A stretch of DNA of 64,000 nt from the sequence record PP496436.1. One strand, 5' to 3'. The notes below the pieces were generated by a model, which did not search any database, was not told the origin of the DNA, and saw only the letters and a program-made list of their open reading frames with translations. The position numbers and the translations under genes were made by a program. Shown here piece after piece: positions 17,743 through 25,955 of the stretch (positions are counted from its first letter, which is position 1; each line of letters opens with the position of its first letter).

Positions 17743-18945
17743 ATGACCACCAAGACAATGCTGTTGAACAACGTCACCGCCATCGATGTAGGCTTCCTGA
17801 CCGCCCAAGGCGTGTTCGGGGCCAGCGTACGCCCTTCGTTCCTTATCACCGGCGAGATGTCCGAGGACGAACAGGTGGTTGTGGATTTCTCCACGATCAA
17901 GAAGTCCATCAAGGAACTGATCGACCACAAAGAGCTGGGCATCGATCACAAGACCATCGTCATCGGTCCAGCGTTTCCAAAACCTGAAGATGACGATAAC
18001 TTCACCGTCACTATGGGCGGTCCTGTGGGTGGTTCCGTTCGCATGACTGCCCCGGAAGACGCTTTCGTGTTCTTGTCCGAACGTTGCCCCAACGCACTCA
18101 GCGAAGACTGGAACACCAAGGGTAAGCTGCTGTCCGATTGCGTTGTAGTAGATCGTCACGGCGGGCTGGTATCCCCAGAGCGCTTCGTCATTCCGTTGGT
18201 GCAAGAACTGCTGAGCCGCGAACTGCCAAAGCTCTTCCCCACGTTGACCGACATCAAGGTGTTCTACAGCAAAGACGTCACAGCGCCGTTGCAGCCTAGC
18301 CACATCCGTGTGGGATCCCTGTTCAAAGGCGAAGATCACAATCCGATGATGGACACGCTGGTGGAAGACAACATCCGCCTCACCTACTCCCACGGTCTGC
18401 CCCGCTCCACTAGCTGGGGCTGCCAGAACATCCTGCACGGCCACGTCAGCGTCGTGACACTGGCTATGCCTCATTCCCGCTCCGACCATACACAGGCTAT
18501 CCTGCTGGACATTCGCCATGATCTGGCGGGTAAGTATCTGGTGGCCGAGCGTGACGTAATCCCAGCGGATGATGAACCGTCTGTACTGGACGACGAAGAT
18601 GCCGTATTGGAAGGCACCGACGAAGATCAGGACGCTAACTCCGACGATCTGATGGACGCACATACCATGTCTGAAGACGATGCGCCGGACGAAGTTGACG
18701 ACGTAGCTATCCAAGGTACGAACATCGGGTTCGAGTCCATGTCTCGCGGCTCGTTCAGCCTGTTCCTGCCACACGGCAGCACCCAGATCAAAGTGATGCC
18801 GACGGACACCACCGTTGAAAACATCGCCCAGTACATCTGGGACACTCACGTCCAGCCCGCCATCGAAGCCTACGAACTGACCGACGTATCCATGTACGTC
18901 TCGGAAGGCTTGGACAAAGGCGCATTCATCCGTCAGCAGGTATGA
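17743..18945 (+). CDS. Two-domain QueD/6-pyruvoyltetrahydropterin synthase-like (T-fold) protein
   Basis: DFSTIKK..IDHK, YSHGL...GCQNILHGH and DTTVENIA motifs; acidic insertion. Confidence 0.75.
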   Translation: MTTKTMLLNNVTAIDVGFLTAQGVFGASVRPSFLITGEMSEDEQVVVDFSTIKKSIKELIDHKELGIDHKTIVIGPAFPKPEDDDNFTVTMGGPVGGSVRMTAPEDAFVFLSERCPNALSEDWNTKGKLLSDCVVVDRHGGLVSPERFVIPLVQELLSRELPKLFPTLTDIKVFYSKDVTAPLQPSHIRVGSLFKGEDHNPMMDTLVEDNIRLTYSHGLPRSTSWGCQNILHGHVSVVTLAMPHSRSDHTQAILLDIRHDLAGKYLVAERDVIPADDEPSVLDDEDAVLEGTDEDQDANSDDLMDAHTMSEDDAPDEVDDVAIQGTNIGFESMSRGSFSLFLPHGSTQIKVMPTDTTVENIAQYIWDTHVQPAIEAYELTDVSMYVSEGLDKGAFIRQQV

Positions 18946-18974
18946 GCATGCTTGCACAACTCCGAGGTAACACC

Positions 18975-19331
18975 ATGATCAAGTTGGCGCTGGCCCTGCT
19001 GATGACAATGGGGGCCATGTACGGCCTTCCGATGGCACAAGCTTCCGAACCGTTACAAGGTAAGTACGAAGGTTATCAGTTCGGTGTTACTCGGTGCGAC
19101 GCCCGCAACATGTCTGATCTCGGTCAGGGTTGCATCATGCGTGAGAGCATGTTTGAAGCGCGTGCCTTCAACTGGTCCGACTGGATCGTTCGGCTGACCC
19201 AGAACCGAACGGCTATCGTCACCGACATCCGGTATCAAGACGGTAAGTCTGGCGCTGATCCTTTCATCAACGTCTATTACATCTACGACCCGCACGCTCG
19301 GTACGATGAGTTGGCACCCAAGAAGGAGTAG
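18975..19331 (+). CDS. Secreted small protein, paralogue of 14514..14822
   Basis: SD GAGGT; signal peptide ending AQA; conserved Cys pair. Confidence 0.65.
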   Translation: MIKLALALLMTMGAMYGLPMAQASEPLQGKYEGYQFGVTRCDARNMSDLGQGCIMRESMFEARAFNWSDWIVRLTQNRTAIVTDIRYQDGKSGADPFINVYYIYDPHARYDELAPKKE

Positions 19332-19335
19332 TACC

Positions 19336-19908
19336 ATGATCATCTTTCCGCCGGGACTGGACGTAACCCAACGAGACAGCGCCGAGTGCGCCTATAATCG
19401 TCTGATGTTGCAGCTGGACTTAATGGAAGACGACAACGATCATACGCTCGAAATGGAGCAGATGCTGGCCGAACACCGTCAGCAATTGGAACTGTGGATC
19501 TGCATGTTCATGGAGAAGATTGCACTGGGGTTGCACTCCAGCCCGGTGTGGCAAGAGGCCGCAGTGCTGAACATGCAACAGATCCAATCCATCCTCGACA
19601 TTATGGTCGTCTTGGTTGGTAGCCTTGATCCCAAGGAGAAGATGGAGGGTGAGTTCCCGGAACGGCGGGCAAGATCATTAGCGTTGGCGCAAGCCTTTGA
19701 GAAACAACGCCGGTACAAGAACTACTTCGTTAGCACGGTAGAAAGTTTCTTTTGCTCATTGTTCCTAGCCGTATACCGATACAACTGGCCTTACGTGGGC
19801 AAGCTATCTCCCGAAGACGTTCGACTGGAACATCTGCTGGAAGAAGGGAAACGCTACGTACGTGCGTTGGAGATCAATCAAAGTCAGATGAATAATGCTC
19901 GGGTCTGA
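19336..19908 (+). CDS. Hypothetical protein
   Basis: SD AGGAG; 190-aa helical ORF. Confidence 0.6.
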   Translation: MIIFPPGLDVTQRDSAECAYNRLMLQLDLMEDDNDHTLEMEQMLAEHRQQLELWICMFMEKIALGLHSSPVWQEAAVLNMQQIQSILDIMVVLVGSLDPKEKMEGEFPERRARSLALAQAFEKQRRYKNYFVSTVESFFCSLFLAVYRYNWPYVGKLSPEDVRLEHLLEEGKRYVRALEINQSQMNNARV

Positions 19909-20009
19909 CTGTACTTTTCTACCTTTTCCTCCCGACTTACTACCCCTTGGGCAAGCTAATTCCAAGCATGTCCAACGAAATATATAACCTGCTTTAGGAG
20001 TGCTACCAG

Positions 20010-22874
20010 ATGTATGTAATCCGCCGAGACGGAAGTCGTTCCTTGTTCCAGAGCGAAAAAATCCGGGCTGCTATTGAACGAGCCTTCTTCGCGGTACACG
20101 GTCGCGACGCTGATATTCCCACACAGACTGGCCGTGTCACTCAGGCAGTTGAGGCTGGCTTGTCCAGTCAAGAATCTGTCCACATCGAAGTCATTCAGGA
20201 AGGTGTACTTGCTGCACTTATCGCTGAAGGCCACCCCCGCGTCGAGCATGCATACCGCGTGTACCGAGACGCCCGCACTGCACAGCGTGAGCTGCCCCAG
20301 GCTTACACTGATGAGAACGGTACTGCTATCAGCATCCCGGCTCTCACCGACATCCTCGCCCGCGTATCCTTCCGCCTGCCCTACGACGTGACGGTCCACT
20401 TGGACCTGGTGGCCGTAGCGCGCTCGGCGTTCCTGCAGATGTTCAACGGGATCAAGGCCGCTGACGTGCACAACGCACTGATCTTGGCGACCCGTGCGTT
20501 CATCGAGCGAGCGCCAGAGTACAGCAATCTGGCAGCGCAACTGCTGCTGGCTCAGACCGCCCGCGAAGTGTGGGATCTTGACGCCACCACGTACCCCACT
20601 GCCGAGACCTACGCCAAGTGCTACAAGCAGGAGACGGTAAGGTTGCTGCTCATCGGCGTGAAGGACGGCATCTACGACCCTACGCTGACCACCAGTGGCA
20701 AACGCGGCTTTGACCTTGAGCTGCTCCGAGCGGCAATCAAGCCGGAACGCGACCTGCAGTTCGACTACTTGGGTTTGCAGACCCTGTACGACCGCTACTT
20801 CATTCGCCGCGCCGGTGAAGGCGTTCGTATCGAAATGCCGCAGACGTTCTTCATGCGCGTGGCAATGGGCCTGGCGATCCTCGAAAGCGATCCGACATCC
20901 TCGGCGCTTGAGTTCTACGACGTGTTGTCCACGTTCGACTACATGGCCTCGACCCCGACCCTGTTCAACGCAGGCACCACCCACAGCCAGATGTCGAGTT
21001 GCTACTTGACCACTGTGCCGGACGACCTGCTGGGCATCTACGGTGCCATCCAAGACAACGCCATGCTGTCCAAGTACGCTGGCGGTCTGGGCAACGACTG
21101 GACGCCGGTGCGTGCACTGGGAAGCCTGATCAAAGGCACCAACGGCAGATCGCAGGGCGTGGTTCCGTTCCTCAAGGTGGTCAACGATACCGCTGTCGCC
21201 GTGAACCAAGGCGGCAAGCGCAAGGGTGCCGTATGTGCCTACCTTGAAACGTGGCACATGGATATCGAAGAGTTCACCGAGCTGCGCAAGAACACAGGTG
21301 ATGATCGCCGTCGTACCCACGACATGAACACCGCCAACTGGGTTCCTGACCTGTTCATGGATCGCCAGATGAAGGACATGGACTGGACCTTGTTCACTCC
21401 GTCGGAATGCCCTGATCTGCATGAGCTGTACGGGGAAGAGTTCAAAGCCCGCTACGAGTTCTACGAAGCCGAAGCTGCCGCCGGTCGTATCCAGACCTTC
21501 AAGACCGTGCGCGCCAAGGACTTGTACCGCAAGATTCTGTCCATGATCTTCGAAACCGGCCACCCATGGATCACGTTCAAAGATCCATGCAACATCCGTA
21601 GCCCGCAGAGCCACGTCGGCGTCGTGCACAGCTCCAACCTGTGTACCGAGATTACCCTGAACACGAAGTCCTCCGCGCCTGAACTCAAGGACGGCGAGAC
21701 GGCCGTGTGTAACTTGGGTTCGATCAACCTGCCGCGCCACTTGAAATACGTGGGCGCGGGACTGGACATCGACCACGAGAAGCTGAAACGCACCGTTACT
21801 CTGGCCGTGCGTATGCTGGACAACGTGATCGACATCAACTTCTACCCGACCAAGGAAGCGAAGAACAGCAACATGCGCCACCGTCCGATCGGTCTGGGTG
21901 TCATGGGCTTCCAAGACGTGTTGTACGCCAACAGCGTCGGATATGACAGCCCCCACGCCGAGTTCTGGGCGGGGTACTTCCAGCGTTCCATTGCTCTGTA
22001 CGCCATCAACGCATCGGCTGACCTGGCCCAACTGCGCGGCGCGTACGAATCGTTCCAAGGTTCGGACTGGTCGATTGGTGTTCTTCCAGTGCACACGTTC
22101 CAAACCCAGATCGATATCCGTCGGCGTCAGGGCTTCAAGGTTGATGCTGCACAGAAAGCCCAAGATCTGGCTGACACCATCGGCAAGACCAAGATCAACG
22201 GCAAGACGCTGGCCGATCTGGAAAGCTACTTGGCGAACAAGGTCACCCATGGTATGCGTAACAGCAACGTGATGGCGATTGCGCCGACGGCCACCATCTC
22301 TAACATCGTCGGCGTGACTCAGAGCATCGAGCCTACGTACGAGCAGGTGTTCGTCAAGGACAACCTGAGCGGCAAGTTCACCGTGATCAACCGCTTCTTG
22401 GTTGAGCAGCTGCGTAACTGCGGTCTGTGGGACTCGGACATGCTCGACCAGCTCAAGATGAACAACGGATCCATTCAGGGCATCCCTGAAATCCCGGAAG
22501 GCATCAAGGACGTGTATCGCACTGCGTTCGAGTACGAGCCTGAGGTGCTGATCAACTGCGCCATCCAGCGTCAGATCCCAATCGATCAGGCACAGTCGCT
22601 CAACCTGTACATGGCGAACCCGTCGGGCAAGAAGCTGGCGAACACGTACGACTACGGCTTCGAGACTGGTTTGAAGACCACGTATTACCTCCGCGCCAAA
22701 GCCGCATCGTCCATTGAGAAGTCCACCAGTCGTACCGGCGGCGAACTGAACAGCGTAAAGAACGCTGCTAAGGTAGAAGCCCCCGTTGCTCCTCCAATGC
22801 CGGAAGCTGAAGGTGCTGCTTGCTTCCTGCGTCCAGGTGATCCGGGCTTCGCAGAGTGCGAAAGCTGCCAGTAG
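20010..22874 (+). CDS. nrdA: Class Ia ribonucleotide reductase alpha subunit
   Basis: N-terminal ATP cone (VIRRDG), STPTLFN, SSNLCTEI, APTATIS, TTYYLR and C-terminal CESC redox pair. Confidence 0.97.
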   Translation: MYVIRRDGSRSLFQSEKIRAAIERAFFAVHGRDADIPTQTGRVTQAVEAGLSSQESVHIEVIQEGVLAALIAEGHPRVEHAYRVYRDARTAQRELPQAYTDENGTAISIPALTDILARVSFRLPYDVTVHLDLVAVARSAFLQMFNGIKAADVHNALILATRAFIERAPEYSNLAAQLLLAQTAREVWDLDATTYPTAETYAKCYKQETVRLLLIGVKDGIYDPTLTTSGKRGFDLELLRAAIKPERDLQFDYLGLQTLYDRYFIRRAGEGVRIEMPQTFFMRVAMGLAILESDPTSSALEFYDVLSTFDYMASTPTLFNAGTTHSQMSSCYLTTVPDDLLGIYGAIQDNAMLSKYAGGLGNDWTPVRALGSLIKGTNGRSQGVVPFLKVVNDTAVAVNQGGKRKGAVCAYLETWHMDIEEFTELRKNTGDDRRRTHDMNTANWVPDLFMDRQMKDMDWTLFTPSECPDLHELYGEEFKARYEFYEAEAAAGRIQTFKTVRAKDLYRKILSMIFETGHPWITFKDPCNIRSPQSHVGVVHSSNLCTEITLNTKSSAPELKDGETAVCNLGSINLPRHLKYVGAGLDIDHEKLKRTVTLAVRMLDNVIDINFYPTKEAKNSNMRHRPIGLGVMGFQDVLYANSVGYDSPHAEFWAGYFQRSIALYAINASADLAQLRGAYESFQGSDWSIGVLPVHTFQTQIDIRRRQGFKVDAAQKAQDLADTIGKTKINGKTLADLESYLANKVTHGMRNSNVMAIAPTATISNIVGVTQSIEPTYEQVFVKDNLSGKFTVINRFLVEQLRNCGLWDSDMLDQLKMNNGSIQGIPEIPEGIKDVYRTAFEYEPEVLINCAIQRQIPIDQAQSLNLYMANPSGKKLANTYDYGFETGLKTTYYLRAKAASSIEKSTSRTGGELNSVKNAAKVEAPVAPPMPEAEGAACFLRPGDPGFAECESCQ

Positions 22875-22898
22875 TCTGATCCAGCTGTAATGTAAATG

Positions 22899-22930
22899 AT
22901 AGGGCGGGCAGGCAACTGTTTCCGCCCTAT
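22899..22930 (+). promoter_or_regulatory. GCAA-loop hairpin between nrdA and the pseudo-nrdB (terminator or processing element)
   Basis: ATAGGGCGG/CCGCCCTAT outer stem plus CAG-GCAA-CTG. Confidence 0.55.
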
Positions 22931-22958
22931 TTCATCTGTTGCACATGGGGCTTACCTT

Positions 22959-23744
22959 ATGAGTGCTGTACCTAATCGTGTGTCCCTAGTGGACAAGCGC
23001 ATCTTCAACGGAAAGGCTGATGTCAACGCCTTGCTACCGCTTCGGTATCCGTGGGCCTATGACGCCTACGTGAACGCGAACAAGAACCACTGGCTTCCCG
23101 GCGACATCCATCTTGATCTGGATCGGGTCAGCCACAAGCATCAAGCGTATTGGCCTGCTGTAAGCAACTTCCTGATCAGCGTAGCCCAGCGCGCCGAGAT
23201 CGATCGCCAGCACATGCTCTTCGTATACCGGGCCACCACGGCGCCCGAGGTTCGTCAGCGCTTCCTCCGTATGGGTCAGGAAGACACCATCGCCATCATG
23301 CTGGCACAAGACATGGGGCTGGCACTGGAAGACTTCATCCCGTCTCCAGAGGTGGTGTTGTACAAGACGGAGAAAGCCTACCTGGCCGGGCTCATGGAAC
23401 TGATCGAGCGTAAGCTCTTGTCCGTGGCCGAAGGCAAGTACATCCTCGAAGAAGTACCGGGGGTGCACCAGAATATACGCAAAGCAGTTGAGAACATCCA
23501 CCGCGACGTGGACTCTCAGTTGGACTTCCTGTTCACCCTGCTGCGCACCTTCCTTGGCGAATGCGAGGTCAGCTCCTACCGGGGTTGCAACACGCAAGCG
23601 TTCTGGCAGAGCAGCAACCAGTACCACGCCCACCTGAACTCGATTGTTCTGAACGTTCTGACGGGGGCGCCGGTTACCCCTACGCCGTATCAGACACAGG
23701 TGGTCGCAGACAACCAAACCAAAGACACACTGACCTGGGACTGA
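22959..23744 (+). CDS. Degenerate NrdB-like protein lacking di-iron ligands and radical Tyr
   Basis: Keeps PLRYPWA, NHWLP, PEVRQ.FLR and C-terminal LTWD; EEAxHxxxY becomes EDTIAIMLA and RDESxH becomes RDVDSQ. Confidence 0.75.
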   Translation: MSAVPNRVSLVDKRIFNGKADVNALLPLRYPWAYDAYVNANKNHWLPGDIHLDLDRVSHKHQAYWPAVSNFLISVAQRAEIDRQHMLFVYRATTAPEVRQRFLRMGQEDTIAIMLAQDMGLALEDFIPSPEVVLYKTEKAYLAGLMELIERKLLSVAEGKYILEEVPGVHQNIRKAVENIHRDVDSQLDFLFTLLRTFLGECEVSSYRGCNTQAFWQSSNQYHAHLNSIVLNVLTGAPVTPTPYQTQVVADNQTKDTLTWD

Positions 23745-23746
23745 CT

Positions 23747-24721
23747 ATGACCGTTCTTACTCACGTAAACCCGCACGAACATGAGTGGGCGTTGGAAAAG
23801 ACCTTGGCGTCAAACTCGAACCATTGGTTGCCCCAAGAGATTGGACTGTCCACCGACATCCTGCAATGGAAGACCGGACAGTTGAGCGACGACGAGATGC
23901 GCATGGTCAAGCGTAATCTAGGGTTCTTCTCCACCGCTGATTCGCTGGCCGCGAACAACATCATTCTCGGCACCATACGCCACATCAAGAACAGGAACTG
24001 TCGCCACTACCTGTTCCGACAAGCGTATGAAGAGGCATTCCACACGGAGTCCTACGCGTACGTGATCGAGAGCCTTGGCTTGGATCAGGGTGAGATCTTC
24101 AATGCGTACAACGAGATCGAGTCGATCCGGGCCAAAGACGAATTCCTTCTTCCGTACATCGAGGTGCTGACTGATCCGGCGTTCCAAGCGGACACCATCG
24201 AGAACGTCCAGATCCTGCTCAAGTCGCTGTTCGCATTCGCGTGCATCATGGAAGGTCTGTTCTTCTACGTCGGCTTCGTCCAGATGCTGTCGCTGGGCCG
24301 TCGCAACAAGTTGCCCGGTTCCTCGCAAGAGTTCCAGTACATCCTGCGCGACGAGAGCGGCCACTGCAACTTCGGTATCGACCTGATCAACACGATCAAG
24401 CGCGAGTACCCCGGCGTGTGGACTGCGGAACTCCAGAAGGAGTGCACCGACATGTTGCGCACCGGCGTTGACCTGGAGCAAGCCTACGCGGTAGACACTC
24501 TGCCCAACGGTGTGCTGGGTCTGAACGCGGACAACACACGCCAGTACCTGGAGTTCATCGCGGACCGCCGCTGCATTCAGGTGGAGCTGCCGGTACAGTA
24601 CAATCAGAACGACAACCCGTTCCCGTGGATGTCGGAGATGGTTGACTTGAACAACGAGGAGAACTTCTTCGAGAAGAAGGTGCTTGCGTACCAGCAAGCC
24701 GCCGGACTGGAGTGGGACTAA
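23747..24721 (+). CDS. nrdB: Class Ia ribonucleotide reductase beta subunit
   Basis: NHWLP, FSTADS, EEAFHTESY, MEGLFF, RDESGH and C-terminal YQQAAGLEWD. Confidence 0.96.
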   Translation: MTVLTHVNPHEHEWALEKTLASNSNHWLPQEIGLSTDILQWKTGQLSDDEMRMVKRNLGFFSTADSLAANNIILGTIRHIKNRNCRHYLFRQAYEEAFHTESYAYVIESLGLDQGEIFNAYNEIESIRAKDEFLLPYIEVLTDPAFQADTIENVQILLKSLFAFACIMEGLFFYVGFVQMLSLGRRNKLPGSSQEFQYILRDESGHCNFGIDLINTIKREYPGVWTAELQKECTDMLRTGVDLEQAYAVDTLPNGVLGLNADNTRQYLEFIADRRCIQVELPVQYNQNDNPFPWMSEMVDLNNEENFFEKKVLAYQQAAGLEWD

Positions 24722-24722
24722 C

Positions 24723-24824
24723 ATGATCTATACGTGTCCGAAGTGTAACCGGTTGCATTCAGATGGGACAAGCAACTTCGAGCTAGTCGTTCTGTGCCGG
24801 TATTGCAACCCACTGAAGGGGTAA
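24723..24824 (+). CDS. 33-aa CxxC-CxxC microprotein (absent from ORF track)
   Basis: MIYTCPKCNRLHSDGTSNFELVVLCRYCNPLKG; ATG 1 nt after the nrdB stop; GGAG upstream. Confidence 0.55.
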   Translation: MIYTCPKCNRLHSDGTSNFELVVLCRYCNPLKG

Positions 24825-24835
24825 TACGGTCCGGT

Positions 24836-24869
24836 AAATAGGGGAGTGAGCAATCGCTTCCCTATTTTT
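24836..24869 (+). terminator. Intrinsic terminator of the RNR operon
   Basis: AAATAGGGGAGTGA-GCAA-TCGCTTCCCTATTT followed by more T. Confidence 0.8.
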
Positions 24870-24885
24870 ATGTCTGGAGTCTTCT

Positions 24886-25398
24886 ATGAAGCGGCCAGTG
24901 TGGGTCACTTTGACCGGTAAGACCAAGAAGCACAACGTCCCCTACCTGATTGATCAGCGCTACGTGCGTGAGTGGCTGCACTGGGGACTGAAGATGCAGC
25001 CAACGCAGTTTCCACCTCCATCGGACACGCTGGTAGGTTCCCACTCCGCTTCGTGGAAGTTCTGGGACATTCGCAAGTTCTACCTGTGGAGCGTTACGTG
25101 CACCTGCATCTACACCGGTGAAGTGCACCACCTTGGCGGCGGTTCATGGCTGACCAAATCTCAAGCGAAAGTCCTGCAAGATGATGGTATCGAGCTGGGT
25201 ATCTTGTTGAACACCATTCCACAGTGGGCGGTGGAATGGGCCTGCTCAAGCCTTGGTGCTTCGTACAGGACCTATTCGCATTCCGCAATCCCTTCCCTCA
25301 ACGGGAGAAGAACAAATGAATGCCAAACCCACCCCAAAGATTCGGCGCAAGGTATACGCCGAGCTGGCGGTCCCCAAGGAAGAGCCGGGGCAGAATAA
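24886..25398 (+). CDS. Hypothetical protein
   Basis: SD GGAG; Trp-rich 170 aa; overlaps the next ORF. Confidence 0.5.
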   Translation: MKRPVWVTLTGKTKKHNVPYLIDQRYVREWLHWGLKMQPTQFPPPSDTLVGSHSASWKFWDIRKFYLWSVTCTCIYTGEVHHLGGGSWLTKSQAKVLQDDGIELGILLNTIPQWAVEWACSSLGASYRTYSHSAIPSLNGRRTNECQTHPKDSAQGIRRAGGPQGRAGAE

Positions 25399-25645
25399 AG
25401 CCAAGATCCGTTTCGCTGTCGGGGATAGCGTGACTCAAGGTTACGTGGAGCGGCATACGGATAAGATGTATGCCAACTTTGAAGCTCTAGTTCAAGCGGT
25501 CAAGCTCGATATCAAGACCACTCCCGAAGTTTCTGATCTGCGGAGTGAAATCGACGACATCATGGAAGAAGCTCACGCCAAGGTTATTGACGTGCTGGTC
25601 CGTGAAGGCATCATCGAGCGTCCGACCCTACCCCACTACGATTAG
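25316..25645 (+). CDS. Hypothetical protein
   Basis: SD GGGAG before ATG 25316. Confidence 0.55.
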   Translation: MNAKPTPKIRRKVYAELAVPKEEPGQNKAKIRFAVGDSVTQGYVERHTDKMYANFEALVQAVKLDIKTTPEVSDLRSEIDDIMEEAHAKVIDVLVREGIIERPTLPHYD

Positions 25646-25652
25646 GTGATTT

Positions 25653-25952
25653 ATGCCGGACTGCTTTGTAGTACATGCCGAAGCGATGTACGAAGCCCCT
25701 GTACCCATCAAGGTGTTCCGGCGCAAGTACAAAGCCAAACTCTTCATCAAAGAACTACGCGCGTATCATGCGCAGCGTCCCGTCTTACCCTCCACGTTCA
25801 ACGAGTTAGGTGTGGGGTATCCCGAAAGCATCTACGCCGCGCACATGGATGCGTACCACATGGATCACATGGACTGGTCTAGTTCCCATCCGGCGGGTAT
25901 GGCCGGAGAAGGCGCTGACGACTTCACATTCACCCAATTACCTTTGGAATAG
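25653..25952 (+). CDS. Hypothetical protein
   Basis: SD AGGTG; 99 aa. Confidence 0.55.
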   Translation: MPDCFVVHAEAMYEAPVPIKVFRRKYKAKLFIKELRAYHAQRPVLPSTFNELGVGYPESIYAAHMDAYHMDHMDWSSSHPAGMAGEGADDFTFTQLPLE

Positions 25953-25955
25953 AAA

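Noticed and set aside
17743-18945. Complete 7-deazaguanine DNA-modification cluster
   Set aside because: Only the QueD-like gene is recognisable; neighbours lack FolE, QueE, QueC and DpdA motifs
19956-22250. Long antisense ORFs (764 aa here; also 785..1834, 5313..6632, 17725..18957, 29854..30762, 50833..52524 and others)
   Set aside because: Shadow frames of GC3-biased sense genes; no SD, no motifs, fully overlapped by better-supported + strand genes
22959-23744. First nrdB-like ORF as a simple pseudogene or frameshifted part of nrdB
   Set aside because: It is a full-length open paralogue with its own N- and C-terminal landmarks and normal coupling, not a fragment complementary to nrdB
746-24721. 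Inteins, introns or homing endonucleases in terL, nrdA or nrdB
   Set aside because: No C/S...HN splice motifs and no LAGLIDADG, HNH or GIY-YIG signatures; nrdA and nrdB are of normal length and uninterrupted
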